Position numbers and translations under genes: made by a program. The notes under the pieces are model-generated. The model saw nothing but the letters and a program-made list of their open reading frames with translations. It had not been told where the DNA came from and ran no database searches. A DNA stretch of 64,000 nt from Eledone cirrhosa (lineage: Eukaryota), in the NCBI GenBank assembly GCA_964016885.1, contig OZ024759.1, positions 13,206,001-13,270,000 of the forward strand, in the 5' to 3' direction. The stretch's first letter is position 1; each line of letters opens with the position of its first letter. Shown one piece after another: positions 1-12,872 of this stretch.

Positions 1-335
1 ACCCGCCAGACAGTTAATGTGGCCGTGTAGGTAACACCGTAAAAACTTCCCAGCCCCACACTGTAAATGTGGTTGGTGTTAGGAAGGGCATCCAGCTGTA
101 GAAAACCCGCCAGACAGTCCACGCTGTAATGTGGTCGTGTAGGCAACACGGTAAAAACCTCCCAGTCCCACACTGTAAATGTGGTTGCTGTTAGGAAGGG
201 CATCCAGCTGTAGAAAACCCGCCAGACAGTCTTATGCGAGCAAGACAACCACTCTTGCCTCAAGTGGGAAAACCCCCGTCCAAACCCATGCAAGCGTGGA
301 AGATGGACGTTAAACAATGATGATGATGATGATGA
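1..335 (+). mobile_element. RTE-type 3' tail module (SINE/LINE tail) with internal duplication and (GAT)n tail
   Basis: Repeated ggttggtgttaggaagggcatccagctgtagaaa blocks ending catgcaagcgtggaagatggacgttaaac(atg)n; same module follows the RTE ORF ends at 2025-2289 and 60106-60460. Confidence 0.75.
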
Positions 336-459
336 TATATCACATAAGAAACGTAGAATCAGTGTTGCGACGAATAATCAATTTGGCACCTATATATATG
401 TATATATATAGGTGTCAAATTGGTAGAGTTGTTAAGATGTTGGATAGAATACTTTACGG

Positions 460-723
460 CAGGCATGTCAAACATGCAGCCCTTTACAAGGACACCTGCG
501 GCCCTTTACAAGCACACCAGCAGCCCTTTACAAGCACACCTGCGGTCTGCGCAAAGGTTTTTACAGCGAGAGTGTAATATAAAATAAAAAAATATTAGTT
601 GTAATGTGCGCAATTAGTTGTCATGCGTGGCCCTCAGAAAACACATGTGTGACCCATGTGGCCCTCAGACAACACATATGTCACCCATGTGACCCTCGGG
701 GTACCTTCAGTTTGTCATGCCTG
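460..723. mobile_element. hAT-like MITE inserted in a SINE
   Basis: TIRs caggcatgtcaaac / gtttgtcatgcctg; subterminal gcggccc/gtggccc repeats; SINE head before and SINE body (gagttcaaatcccgcc) after; 8-bp TSD only partly matching. Confidence 0.65.
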
Positions 724-1279
724 CTTTGTCATGAGCACTCCGAGTTCAAATCCCGCCGTGGTCAACTTTACCTTTCATCTTTTCGAGGTCGCTAAATAAA
801 GTACCAGTTTTGTACTGGGGTTGATTCTTCCTCTATAGAAAAAAATCAGCTGTGTTCAGACCTGAAGAAGGTTGGGCTCCACCAGGTTTAAAACTGTCCT
901 AAACACATGATATGTTGATGCTTCTACAACTCCACATGGAGTTATGAGATGTTATCTTATCTCTATATATATGTCAGTGATATAGAGACTCCACTCCCCC
1001 ATCTGAGAGGTCAATATACTCTAAGTATTGACTTGACTTGTTTTGAAATGTCGATATAATATAGTACCAGTAATACACAGAGGTCAATGTAATCAGTTTT
1101 CCCTTTCCCAACTCCCTGGCTTTGTGCCTGGATTGACAGTATCACTGGAGCATCGGACACCATGCTTTGTGGCATTTAAATCCTGTCAAGGATAAATAAA
1201 GTACCAGTAATGCACTGGGGTCATTTTAATCGGCTTCCGCTCCCCTAAAATTGATGGCCTTGTGCCTAAATCTGATTCC

Positions 1280-1420
1280 ACGGTCCTTTATAATCTGAGT
1301 TCAAATCCCGCCGAGGTTAACTTTGCCTTTCACCCTTACGGGGTCGATAAAATAAAGTACCAGTAATACACTGAGATAATTGCTGGCCTTGTGCCAAAAG
1401 TAGAAACAATTATTATTTTA
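1280..1420 (+). mobile_element. tRNA-derived SINE (Meta/Sauria-like core), partial
   Basis: B-box-like gagttcaaatcccgcc, core aactttgcctttca..cttacggggtcgataaaataaagtaccag, (att)n tail. Confidence 0.8.
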
Positions 1421-1544
1421 TCATGGAATGGAATGGATGCTGCGTAGTATCGCATTGCTCTACATTCGGCATCTTTCAACAAGAACAAGGAAGTACTAAC
1501 ATCAAAATGACTTTCCTATCTTTAATACTTACATCCCACCAGTT

Positions 1545-1734
1545 GTGTTTCATGGTCTCCCCTGTGTTAATTGGATGACAAGGTCATTTCAGAAGCTCTC
1601 TACATTCCAGAACCACATCATGAGACTTATGACTGGCAAGTGGCTCAGTGACCTTGTCTGTATTAGTGAGCTGCTCAACATTACCAGACTGAGACCAATT
1701 ATATCAATTGTCAAGTCAAGAGTACTCAAACTAT
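1545..1734 (+). pseudogene. RTE-clade LINE RT C-terminal fragment (host element A, left part)
   Basis: KLSTFQNHIMRLMTG...IISIVKSRVLKL; reading continues at 2771 as LKLYGHIKRS...LEGRLAGKRSRG. Confidence 0.65.
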
Positions 1735-1760
1735 TCTATTTTCTATTCTATTTTCTATTC

Positions 1761-2289
1761 ATACGCTGGTATGGACATGTGATGCGTATGAAGGATGACA
1801 GCTGCATAAAAAGGTGCAGAGCACTAGAAGTTGATGGAAACCGCGGAGTGGGGAGACCCAAGATGACTTGGGATGAGGTGATAAAAGCCGACCTTACCCA
1901 ACTACACCTCTCAAAGTCAATGACACACGACCGTGACTTCTGGCGTCACGCAGTAATACAGGGTACCCGACCTCCCATGGGTACATGCTGAAGCATATAA
2001 ACAATATGCCCCCCCCCCCACCGCAAGGTGGTCGTGGAGGTGCCACGGCAAAAAAGCACCCAGCCCACACTGTAAAGTGGACGTGTAGGCGCCACGAAAA
2101 AGCACCCAGCACTCACTGTAAATGAGGTTGGTGTTAGGAAGGGCATCCAGCTGTAGAAATCAAGCCAGATCAGTTCCTGTATGAGCAAGGCATGGTCAGC
2201 CGACCAGACACTGCCCACAACAGGACAACCCGTCTAACCCATGCTAGCGTGGAAGAACGGACGTAAAACGGTGATGATGATGATGATGA
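1761..2289 (+). mobile_element. 5'-truncated RTE LINE (element C) with 3'UTR and (GAT)n tail
   Basis: RWYGHVMRMKDDSCIKRC...GNRGVGRPKMTWDEVIKADL, a typical RTE C-terminus. Confidence 0.85.
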
Positions 2290-2770
2290 TTCTAAGGCGG
2301 GTAAAATTCCCGAGATCCATGGACGAGTTCTCTCCAGCGGTCTCTGTCCCTCATTATCGCTGCCATGTCCTGCGTCTCCAATAGACCAGTGTCTGTCCTT
2401 AGGGCATCAACATACGTTAAACCTTGGTCTTCCTCTTCCAGTGTGTCCATGTAGGGGCTCCCAAAGGAGCACTGAGTGCAATGTCAACTCTGGATGTCGG
2501 TGAGCATGAGATCGGTGTGGAAGTCGGACCTTCGGAGAGACCTGAAAATCCCCCTCTTCATTGCTGTAGTGGAGTCTGTGCTGCTGTATGGGTCTGAGAC
2601 TTGGACACTGACCAAGAAACTCACTCAGATGGTGGATGGGTGCTACACGAGAATGCTGAGGATGGCTCTGAACATTAATCAGTATACACTGAGGATGAAA
2701 AACTCAGAGCTGTATGGGAGCATCCCAAAAGTCAGCTCAAAAGTGACACAGAGAGACTGAGGTTAGCTGG
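2290..2770 (-). mobile_element. RTE LINE with 5' inversion (element B)
   Basis: Minus 2290-2508 encodes HAHRHPELTLHSVLLWEPLHGHTGRGRPR; plus 2506-2771 encodes the directly upstream segment VESVLLYGSETWTLTK...RLRLAG. Confidence 0.8.
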
Positions 2771-2960
2771 ACTCAAACTATACGGTCATATAAAAAGATC
2801 AACTCATGGTGTGAGTAGGTTATGTCTGGAAGGACGGTTGGCTGGTAAGAGAAGCAGAGGCCAGCAGCCAAAATGATGGCTTGACAATGTCAACCTATGG
2901 ACTGGACTCTTTGAACTCTGCTGCTGGTGATCAAACTTTGAGGAGAGATATATCATGTTT
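2771..2960 (+). pseudogene. RTE fragment (host element A, right part)
   Basis: LKLYGHIKRSTHGVSRLCLEGRLAGKRSRG..WLDNV; 11-bp duplication actcaaactat at 1724-1734 and 2771-2781. Confidence 0.7.
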
Positions 2961-4003
2961 ATGCGCAGTCTGCAACTGACGGAGTTTAGCGTCACAAGAG
3001 ATAGGCCAGTCAGTTTCATGTATATTGGCTTTAAAGAGGCTGTTTGCATAATTGCAAACGAATCGAATATTATTATTAATATTTGAAAAACTAGATTACA
3101 TTTATTGTATTCAGCCATGTCGAGCGATAAACCATTTGTTTATATATATATATATATATTCATCATCATCATCATTGTCTGTCTGTCTGCTTTTCCCTGC
3201 TTGCAAGGGAAAAGCAGACAGACAGCATCTCTCCACTTGATAGATAGATATAGTGTATAAATGTATGTATATACCTTCAATTAATTAATATAATATATAT
3301 ATATATATATATATATACACACTGAATAGACAGTGAAACATTTTTTGCTGACTCATTTCTCCTCTTACCTCACAATTTTTCCTGCTTTAACTTATATCCT
3401 ACCTGAACAAGTGACCCTTAAATGCGAGGGGGAGAACCTTTTCAGGACTAAATGTGACTTACAAAATGTATCTTTAAAAAGCTAGGAGGTTACATAAGTT
3501 CTAACAATGGCTGCTCTAATTGTTTGATTAACCAGATAAACAGCTTTTCTATAATTAACCCTCTTGTTACCATATTTATATACTGAAATATGCCAAATTT
3601 GTACTAATTAATGAAGAAGTTGGAAAGATTTACTAAATTATTAATTATTTCATTGTTATGTTGGTATTTAGAGTAGATCATAACTCAAGGTTCTGGTATA
3701 ATATTATGCTGGATGATTTTAAATTAAATATTAAAGAGGAACCTTTTAAAAAAGCTTCAGATACCAGAGTTGGTTTGGGGTAGGGTTCTAGAGGTAAAGG
3801 TGTTGGACTTATAATCACAATGTTATGGGTTCGATTTCTGAACAGGGTTGTGTGTTGTTCAGTATATCTTTATACTTTTATAAATAATTTAGCTGGTAAT
3901 CAATGTTAAGCATTGATTGACCAACAGAAATACATGTATTTCTAAACACTCGTTATTAGTAACCACACAACACCTTGTCCCTTTCAATTCATATATATAT
4001 ATA

Positions 4004-4535
4004 TTATAAAATAACAGGAGGCTGGACTGGTGTAAATCCTTGAAAGGTTTATTATACTATGATCATTTCAATGACCGGGTTCCGTATGAATCCGGTGACA
4101 TCATCAGGTATTCAAAATATAACAAAGGAATATAACATAAAATCCATGGGGCTGAAAATCAGAGACAAGAGGATGACTGACTATTTAGCAGCTTCTACCT
4201 CGGTCGACTTGAGGGCGGTCGCCCTCTTGTCTCTGATTTTCAGCCCCATGGATTTTATCTGTTATATTCCTTTGTTATATTTTGAATACCTGATGATATC
4301 ACCGGATTCATACTGAACCTGGTCATTGAAATGATCATAGTATAATAAACCTTTCAAGGATTTACACCAGTCCAGCCTCCTGTTATTTTATAACAATTAA
4401 CTCCGTATTCGCACCACCAACTACACAAACGAAGACGGGTGAGTTGCATTACGTTGAGTGCTCTCCATAATATTACATCGAGGTTGACCATACGGAATGA
4501 CCAGTTCTATCCAGTGGTGAACCAACAAACCTAAA
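4004..4535 (+). mobile_element. Penelope-like pseudo-LTR remnant, fold-back, flanked by (TA)n
   Basis: About 170-bp inverted arms 4004-4172 and 4223-4393, then a unique 3' tail; hammerhead motif in each arm. Confidence 0.75.
4286..4343 (+). ncRNA. Type I minimal hammerhead ribozyme motif (mirror copy on minus 4054-4111)
   Basis: atac-CTGATGA-stem II-GAAA-tgatca-TA-gtat; palindromic stem III. Confidence 0.75.
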
Positions 4536-4654
4536 TATATATATATATATATATAAGTAGAAGTGGCACCAATATGAGTGCTCGATATATATATATATAT
4601 ATATAGATAATGATATATATTAATATATATATATAGATGATGATATATATTAAT

Positions 4655-5140
4655 TGTGTAGGTGTCATGACAAAAAGTACTCAGCACACACTGGAAAGTG
4701 GACGTGTAAAAGACACGACAAAAAGCACCCAGCACACACTGTCAATGTGGTTGGCGTTAGAAAGGGCATCCAGCCGTAGAAAACCAGCCCCAAAATACCC
4801 AGCCCACACTGTAAAGTGAACATGTAAAAAACACACCAAAAAGCATCCAGCACACACTGTCAATGTGGTTGGCGTTATAAAGGGCATCCAGCCGTAGAAA
4901 ACCAGCCCCAAAATACCCAGCCCACACTGTAAAGTGAACATGTAAAAAACACACCAAAAAGCATCCAGCACACACTGTCAATGTGGTTGGCGTTATAAAG
5001 GGCATCCAGCCGTAGAAAACCAGCCAGAAACTCATGAGTGAGACACAATCACCCGACCCAACTTGCCTCTAATTATTAGGACAAACCCGTCTAAACCATG
5101 CTAGTGTGGAAGATAGACGTTAATCAACGATGATGATGAT
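4655..5140 (+). mobile_element. RTE-tail module with about 118-bp internal tandem repeats
   Basis: Three repeats of cagcacacactgtcaatgtggttggcgtt..aagggcatccagccgtagaaaaccagcc; (gat)n tail. Confidence 0.75.
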
Positions 5141-5438
5141 ATATAACTTGAATGTATGTGTAGAAATATATATGATAGTATGTAACTGCCAAACACTTTG
5201 GAAATAGCTCAACATGTTTATAAATTAGTCTGAAGAAAAAGGAAATATTTTTATATATAGATGGAAAAATTAGTTTTAAAATCATTTTAAATTTATATAT
5301 ATGTATAAATATATGCTGTTAAAACGACAAGAGCCCAGCCATCCGGTCCCGACTCTTTATAATATAACCATACTCTACTACCCCAAGTATTGAGTACTCT
5401 GTTGAGTAATGGTCTAACCAGTTTCAAACTGAATCCAT

Positions 5439-5467
<29 letters not shown>

Positions 5468-5472
<5 letters not shown>

Positions 5473-5679
5473 ATAATAATAAATTTGAAGACTAAAATCC
5501 AAAGAGGGCTCGATAAGGATAAATATATATCAAATATATAAGAACCATAGAGCAAATGTTTATTAAAATAACAGATTAAAGTGTAAGCAAAGAATCGCTG
5601 CTTTCACCCTTAACGGGATCTTCAGAAGATCCCGTTAAGGGTGAAAGCAGCGATTCTTTGCTTAAACTTTAATCTGTTA

Positions 5680-5686
<7 letters not shown>
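5468..5686 (-). mobile_element. PLE-like pLTR remnant, fold-back; second copy at 12861-13283
   Basis: Palindrome centred near 5623 (gatcttcagaagatc); core-like C(T/A)GAAGA-tccc gttaa gggt-GAAA; flanked by (TA)n. Confidence 0.6.
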
Positions 5687-5726
<40 letters not shown>

Positions 5727-5817
5727 TTAAAAGGTAAACAAAAATCACAGCACAATCGGCACAGTATATAGAAGGAATATATTAGGTTAACGCTTGATAT
5801 CTATCTAATTTCTGATT

Positions 5818-5865
<48 letters not shown>

Positions 5866-6025
5866 ACGAGTAGGACCCCTACTCGTTCCTATTACCCACT
5901 CTACTACCCTAAGTATTGAGTACTTTGGTGCGTTATGGTCCACCTGGTTCCTTACCACATTTCTTGCGTTATATATATATATATATATATAGGATTACCT
6001 CAAGAACAACCTTATACTGTAAGAA

Positions 6026-6095
6026 GCTGTCTGATGAGACCATGACACTGAATCGTGTGGTCACCGTCGTCACATGTCGAAATATGTATCACAGC
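6026..6095 (+). ncRNA. Type I hammerhead ribozyme motif
   Basis: gctgt-CTGATGA-stem II-GAAA-tatgta-TC-acagc, AATAAA at 6102, island between (TA)n. Confidence 0.7.
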
Positions 6096-6722
6096 CTTAT
6101 CAATAAAGAACATTAACATCTGAAACTACTTCGCATTTTCTTATGCTATATATATATATCTGTGTGTGTGTGTGTGAATGTATATACATGTGTGTGTATA
6201 TAAACATATATATCTGTGTGTGTGTGTGAGTGTATGTATGCATGTCTGTGTGTGTGTGTATGGTATGTAACTATTTATTTACAACACGTTGTGGATCGGT
6301 GTTTCGCAAGATAAACAATACACACACATTTTAATTTATACACACACATATATATATATATAGGTGTGTGTGTGTGTGTGTGTGTGTGTTTTGGCTATTC
6401 TCTGTTTCTTTCAACAGACACAGTCTACAGTTCCAGCTAACTCGTAATTATGATAATTACTTTGTACAGATCTCTCAATGAATAAATGTCTTCATTATAC
6501 GAACTAAGATTACACCACACAGATATATATATATATATATATTTAAAAGTTAAACAAGGTTCAATGAATAAATCAAAGAATTAGTTTTACAATAGATTGG
6601 AAGCACTCAACAGCTTTGGTTTTCCAGAGTTATTAATATTAAATATTAATTCAAAATATTAACAAAATAACCATGACCGAATCTTAACCATCTACTATGT
6701 CAGGGTATGTCATGCATCATCT

Positions 6723-6789
6723 TATTTTATCTGGTGAGGACGTACTGTTGAAGTTAACTCAGTACCTCTGAAATATGTATAATAAAATA
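6723..6789 (+). ncRNA. Hammerhead motif with mutated core (CTGGTGA)
   Basis: tattttat/ataaaata stem I; gtactg/cagtac stem II; GAAA tatgta TA. Confidence 0.6.
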
Positions 6790-7037
6790 TACTTGATCAC
6801 AAGAATATCTATTTTGTTAATATTTTGAATTAATATTTAATATGTATATATATATATATATATATGAAAATGTATGACCCAGACGGCAGAGCTCAAGCCG
6901 TTTCGACGGCTATTTCTGTCGGCGTCATACATTTTCCTATTACCACTCTACTACCCTAAGTATTGAATACTCTGGTACGTTATGGTCCATCTGGTTCATT
7001 ACCACACTTCCTTCGTTATATATATATAACGAAGGAA

Positions 7038-7075
<38 letters not shown>

Positions 7076-7089
7076 TAACGGCTTTACTT

Positions 7090-7126
7090 CCCTCCGAAGA
7101 AGAGATATTATCTCGAAAATTAAGGA
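7090..7126 (+). ncRNA. Minimal hammerhead-like motif (CCGAAGA variant)
   Basis: cct-CCGAAGA-a-gagat att atctc-GAAA-at-TA-agg, AATAAA shortly after. Confidence 0.45.
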
Positions 7127-7294
7127 CATTTAAATAAATTTAAGGTAAAAGACTAATTATCATACCTTTATTGTTTTGGTTTTACAAATACAAACGTTTA
7201 TATATATATATGGAATACTGTTGGCTTATATATATATACATTATATATTATGGAATACTGTTGGCTTCTTGCTACAATACTTTCTATACCTTTC

Positions 7295-7389
<95 letters not shown>

Positions 7390-7391
<2 letters not shown>

Positions 7392-7576
7392 TAACGGAGG
7401 AGTTGTGGTAAGGAACCAGATGGACCATAACGCACCAGAGTACTCAATACTTAGGGTAGTAGAGTGGGTAATAGGAGAAAGTATGACCTCGACGGCAGAG
7501 CTCAAGCCGTTTCGACGGTCCAGAAATAGCCGTCGAAACGGCTTGAGCTCTGCCGTCGGGGTCATACTTTCTTCTA
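7390..7576. mobile_element. PLE-like family with long hammerhead stem III, fold-back (other copies 5863-5970, 6866-7040, 14343-14406, 16333-16395, 34110-34160, 38215-38321, 40425-40648, 45431-45638)
   Basis: gtcGAAAcggcttgagctc(t/a)gccgTCgggg plus 3' end ccactctactaccctaagtattgagtact...ttccttcgtt(at)n. Confidence 0.65.
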
Positions 7577-8202
7577 TATAGATAGATATACAGATAGATA
7601 GATATAGATATATATGATATATACTTTTTCTATTAAACACGTGTGTATACATGTGTGTGTGTACATGCGTGTTTGTCCATGTGTGTTTGTATACATCTAC
7701 ACCCGTCTGTATATACACGTGTGTGTATGTATACATGTTTGTGTGTACGTGTGGCGATTTTACTTGTTTCTAGCAGATCGAGTGAACACATAGATGCTCC
7801 ATTTGCTATTCTATACACATATATACACACATATTTACATGTGTATGTACATATACACACGTGTGTATGCACATGTGTTTAGGAAAACAAAAAGTGCTTC
7901 CATATGATCACTCGATCTGCTAGAAACAACAGTAACCCCACCACCTGAAATCACATACACGCACCCGACTGTTTTAAAACGGGAAGATATTAAATACTGT
8001 TATCATCCCAGATGACAATCCCCACTCCTCATCCCCTTGAAACGACAGGATGGCCACGACTGGAACACATTTGATAATAATAGGTCTGTTCGACCAAAGC
8101 CTAATACTGAGTTTTAAATATTTAAAATCGACAAAAAAATGATATTTTCAGCTCTTTAAGTCCTGTACCACATGAAACCACATTAGCAAAACATTCTAGA
8201 AA

Positions 8203-8632
8203 AGTACAAAAGAACACTATGACTACATCACATTACAAATACTAGTCTCTCTGTCTACTAGTAAAGATACTATAAACATTTAGTACAAAACAACACTATG
8301 ACTACATCACATTACAAATACTAGTCTCTCTGTCTACTAGTAAAGATACTATAAACATTTAGTACAAAACAACACTATGACTACATCACATTACAAATAC
8401 TAGTCTCTCTGTCTACTAGTAAAGATACTATAAACATTTAGTACAAAACAACACTATGACTACATCACATTACAAATACTAGTCTCTCTGTCTACTAGTA
8501 AAGATACTATAAACATTTAGTACAAAACAACACTATGACTACATCACATTACAAATACTAGTCTCTCTGTCTACTAGTAAAGATACTATAAACATTTAGT
8601 ACAAAACAACATTATAACTACATCACATTAAA
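8203..8632. repeat. 79-bp minisatellite, about 5.4 copies
   Basis: aacactatgac recurs at 8213, 8292 and 8371 (79-bp period). Confidence 0.95.
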
Positions 8633-9139
8633 TAATTATTAACCTTTCATCCTTACGGGGGTCGATAAAATAAAGTACCAGTCATGCACTGAGGTTGATC
8701 TAATCGACTTTTCCCCTACCCCAAAATTGCTGGCCTTGTGCCTAAATCAGAACCCATTAAATGTTAAAGTCTTTACTATAATACTGTAAATTTTCACATC
8801 AATCTGTCCACTAGTAAAGATACTATAAACATTTGAAGCAACAATAAACCAGTTTTTTTTAAAATATTTTCTGTTGAATAATCATAGGGTGTTTAAAGTT
8901 TTAAAAATATCACACACAGACACACACACACATACATCCATACATACATACATAAGATGTGTGAGTGTCCCAAAGCAAATGACTATAAAAATAGGGAATC
9001 GCTAAAGATAACATTGGAGAAAATCAGGTAAAATATAGTCGGAGACGGAAAACCGCTTTTGTTTTATTATTTATAGTGATGGACTATTGTTGTAGTCACA
9101 TGTGTGGGGACAACTACATTTTGAATGTCTTATGTAATA

Positions 9140-9190
<51 letters not shown>

Positions 9191-9253
9191 ATATATATAT
9201 TAAATGATGATACACACACATACACATATGTGAACGTGTGTGTATGTATGTCC

Positions 9254-9290
<37 letters not shown>

Positions 9291-9318
9291 TATATATGCA
9301 TGCACAACACACACACAC

Positions 9319-9357
<39 letters not shown>

Positions 9358-9392
9358 TATATATATATTATATAAGCGATTATAAGACTTAC

Positions 9393-9509
9393 CTCTTCTT
9401 GTTGACTCTGTAATGGTTTTTTCTTCAGTCTATTCCAGTTTAATATATTCCCACTGTGGACAAATAACGAGGAAGCGTTGGGAAAGACTGGATACGGATA
9501 AGCCATCAT
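9393..9509 (-). CDS. Candidate first coding exon of an unidentified host gene
   Basis: ATG-initiated 39 codons MMAYPYPVFPNASSLFVHSGNILNWNRLKKKPLQSQQEE ending at consensus donor GAG|gtaagt; non-repetitive island. Confidence 0.4.
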
Positions 9510-9733
9510 ATATATTTATATATATTGATATATATTGATATATTGATGTATCGATGTATTGATGTATCGATGTTTATGTTTAGTAGCGAAGAGAATGTGG
9601 TTTGTTGCTGCTTGTTGTGAAGAGAGATAAACAGACAGAGAGATCTATATATATGATATATATATATATAAATATAAATATATATATATAGAGAGAGAAA
9701 GAGAGAGGGAGAGATGTATATATAATATAAATA

Positions 9734-9774
<41 letters not shown>

Positions 9775-10299
9775 ACAGATATTTATATATTTAGTAGCGA
9801 AGGCAATGTGGATTGTTGTTGTAGATGTATATAAATATGTGAGTGTATATATAGATAGATGTATATATATATAGAGATATATGATAGATGTATATATATA
9901 TAGAGAGAGAGAGATATATGATAGATGTATATAGATATATGATAGATGTATATATAGATATATGATAGATGTATATATATATATAAAAAGATAGATGTAT
10001 GTATGTTTAGTAGTGAAAGCAATATGTATTGTTGTTTGTTGTGAAGAGACTCAGATATAAGTGTATATGTAAAGATAGACAGGCAGGGAAGAATAACGGC
10101 CTGGTAGATGTCTGTATGGCAACTGTGATAATTACACCGTCGGGACTATATATATATATGGGTGTATATGTGTGTATGTATGTGTGTGCGCGTATGTGTG
10201 TGTGTGTATATATATCTGTGTGTGTATTATATATTTTATACATATACATATATATATATATATATGTGTGTGTGTGAGTGTGTGTACATACGAGGTCAG

Positions 10300-11184
10300 A
10301 CGAGGGACAGTGTAGAGATGAGAGAGAGAGAGAGAGAGAGGGTATAGAGCAGAGTTAGTATAGAGATAGAGAGAGAGAGAAAGGATAAAGTAGAGATAAG
10401 AGAGAGAGAGGAAAAAAGATAAAGTGGAGATAGAAAGAAGCAACTAGAAAATAATAAAGCAAGACTGGGAGGAGGGGGGGGGGGTTGTAGATAGAATGAT
10501 AAATAGATATATGAAAGATAGAGAGGGAGGAGAAAGATAGAGAGAAGAAAGGGATAGAGAGGGAGGAGAAAGTTAGAGAGAGTAAAGGGATGAGAAAGAT
10601 AGAGAGAGGAAAGGGATAGAGAGAGGGATGAGAAAGATAGAGAGAAGAAATGGAGAGAGGGGGGAGAAAGATAGAGACAAGGAAGGGATAGAGAGAAGAA
10701 ATAGATAGATAAAAGAGAAATAGAGAGAGGAAAGTAAGTACAAAGGGATAGAAGAGAGATAGCAGAGAGGAAGAGCTAGACAGACAGATAAAAAGAGATG
10801 GAGAGAGAGAGAGAGAGGGGGAGCTAGACAAATAGATAAAAAGAGATGGAGAGAGAGAGAGAGGAAGAGATAGACAGACAGATAAAAAGAGATGGAGAGA
10901 GAGAGGGAGAGAGAGAGAGGAAGAGATAGACAGACAGATAAAAAGAGAGGGAGAGATAGAGGGGAAGAGATAGACACAGATAAAAAGAGATGGAGAGAGA
11001 GAGGGAGAGCTACACAGACAGATAAAAAGAGACAGAGAGAGAGGGGAAGAGCTAGACAGACAGATAAAAAGAGATGGAGAGATAGAGGGAGAGAGAGAGA
11101 GGAAGAGATAGACAGACAGATAAAAAGAGATGGAGAGAGAGGGGGGAAGAGCTAGACAGACAGATAAAAAGAGATGGCGAGAGA

Positions 11185-11215
<31 letters not shown>

Positions 11216-11655
11216 GAAGAGCTAGACAGATGGAGAGAAAGAGAGAGAGGAAGAGCTAGACAGACAGATAAAAAGAGATGGAGAGAGAGGGGGGAAGAGC
11301 TAGACAGACAGATAAAAAGAGATGGCGAGAGAGAGGGAGAGAGAGAGAGAGAGAGAGGAAGAGCTAGACAGATGGAGAGAAAGAGAGAGAGGAAGAGCTA
11401 GACAGACAGATAAAAAGAGATGGAGAGAGAGAGAGGAAGAGCTACACAGACAGATAAAAAGAGATGGAGAGAGAGAGAGGGAGAGAGACAAAGAGACAGA
11501 GAGAGAGAGTCAGAGAAAAGTTAGAGGAGAGGAATGGGGGAAAAGAAAGTCTAAAGAGAGTAAGAGTGGTAAACAGCGAGAGGGAGAGAGAGAGAGAGAC
11601 AGAAGACAGAAAGAGACAGAAAGAAAGAAAAAAGAAAGAGAGAGAAGAGACAGAC

Positions 11656-11688
<33 letters not shown>

Positions 11689-11690
11689 CA
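10300..11690. repeat. GA-rich low-complexity tract/minisatellite
   Basis: (GA)n with recurring gctagacagacagataaaaagagatgg unit. Confidence 0.9.
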
Positions 11691-11798
11691 AAAGTGGGAG
11701 GGAAAATACGAAATATAGAGAAGAGGAATACAACTAATAAAATGTTTAATTTACAAACATGAATATAGGATAAAGACAAACGTAACACATACATACAC

Positions 11799-11842
<44 letters not shown>

Positions 11843-12125
11843 TACATTAACAGAGAAAGCCTTAAGCGATACTCTGACCAACTCTATCTCACTCAACAAA
11901 CATAAGGATATACCTAAGTATTTTCCCAATTTAGTATTTGGGGTGCTAACTAAACAGTATTTCGTGGATAGCTGGTTGTATTATTTTATATGAGACATAA
12001 TTAAATAAATATCTCTTTCCATCCAGACGATCGTTTCGTTATAAGATTTCTACAATTTGGGATAAATAATGTCCAGGTTATGTAGAAACTTGTATATAAT
12101 CAATAATTTTATACACAAGCATATG

Positions 12126-12157
<32 letters not shown>

Positions 12158-12240
12158 TATATATATATATATATAAAATATTAAAAAAATAATGAATAAA
12201 ACAATGAAACAGTTCCTTATATTAAACAAAAAAAGTTCAT

Positions 12241-12385
12241 TATTTAACGATCGTTTCTAGGATATATATGTGTTAGAATTGGCATGCATATTCAACAGAT
12301 CTATGTACAAAATTATACAAAATTATACAAACTATCAAGATTAAATATACATACCAAACACACATATATGCCGTCTTCAGAAATA
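12241..12385 (-). ncRNA. Hammerhead motif with about 115-nt stem II region
   Basis: Minus: tattt-CTGAAGA-cggcatatatgtg...cacatatatatccta-GAAA-cgatcg-TT-aaata. Confidence 0.6.
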
Positions 12386-12536
12386 ATATTTTTTTAATAT
12401 TTTATCTTGACTCTGTATTCCGTTTATCTTTCACCGAAAGTGATTTTTCATTGCATCTCTTCTTTCCATGATATCCGGAATACATTGAGTTCTTCATACG
12501 GATTGGACACTACCGTAAACTCTTGGTAGATTTATC

Positions 12537-12567
<31 letters not shown>

Positions 12568-12570
<3 letters not shown>

Positions 12571-12838
12571 GGAAAAATTTGAACAGGGACAAAACAGAGA
12601 GGCAGTACAATAAATGTTTATTAATTTCACGCTCAGGAGAGTGGGGGGTAGGTGGGGTACGACGTTTCGGGCATAAGCCCTTCCTCAGGTGAGAAGTGTG
12701 TGGGAACAGAGTTCAAAAGGTGTGTAGGGGAGTGGTGGAGAGACATATAGCGAAAGGAAACGGTGCGAATGAAAAAATAACTAATAAAGATAAAAAATAA
12801 AAATAAAGCATGATCAAAATACAAGGAATGAGAAAATT
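12568..12838 (-). mobile_element. PLE-like pLTR remnant with hammerhead-like core (plus copy 38341-38467)
   Basis: CTGAGGA-a-gggc ttat gccc-GAAA-cgtcg-TA, AATAAA downstream; stem I not evident. Confidence 0.55.
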
Positions 12839-12872
<34 letters not shown>

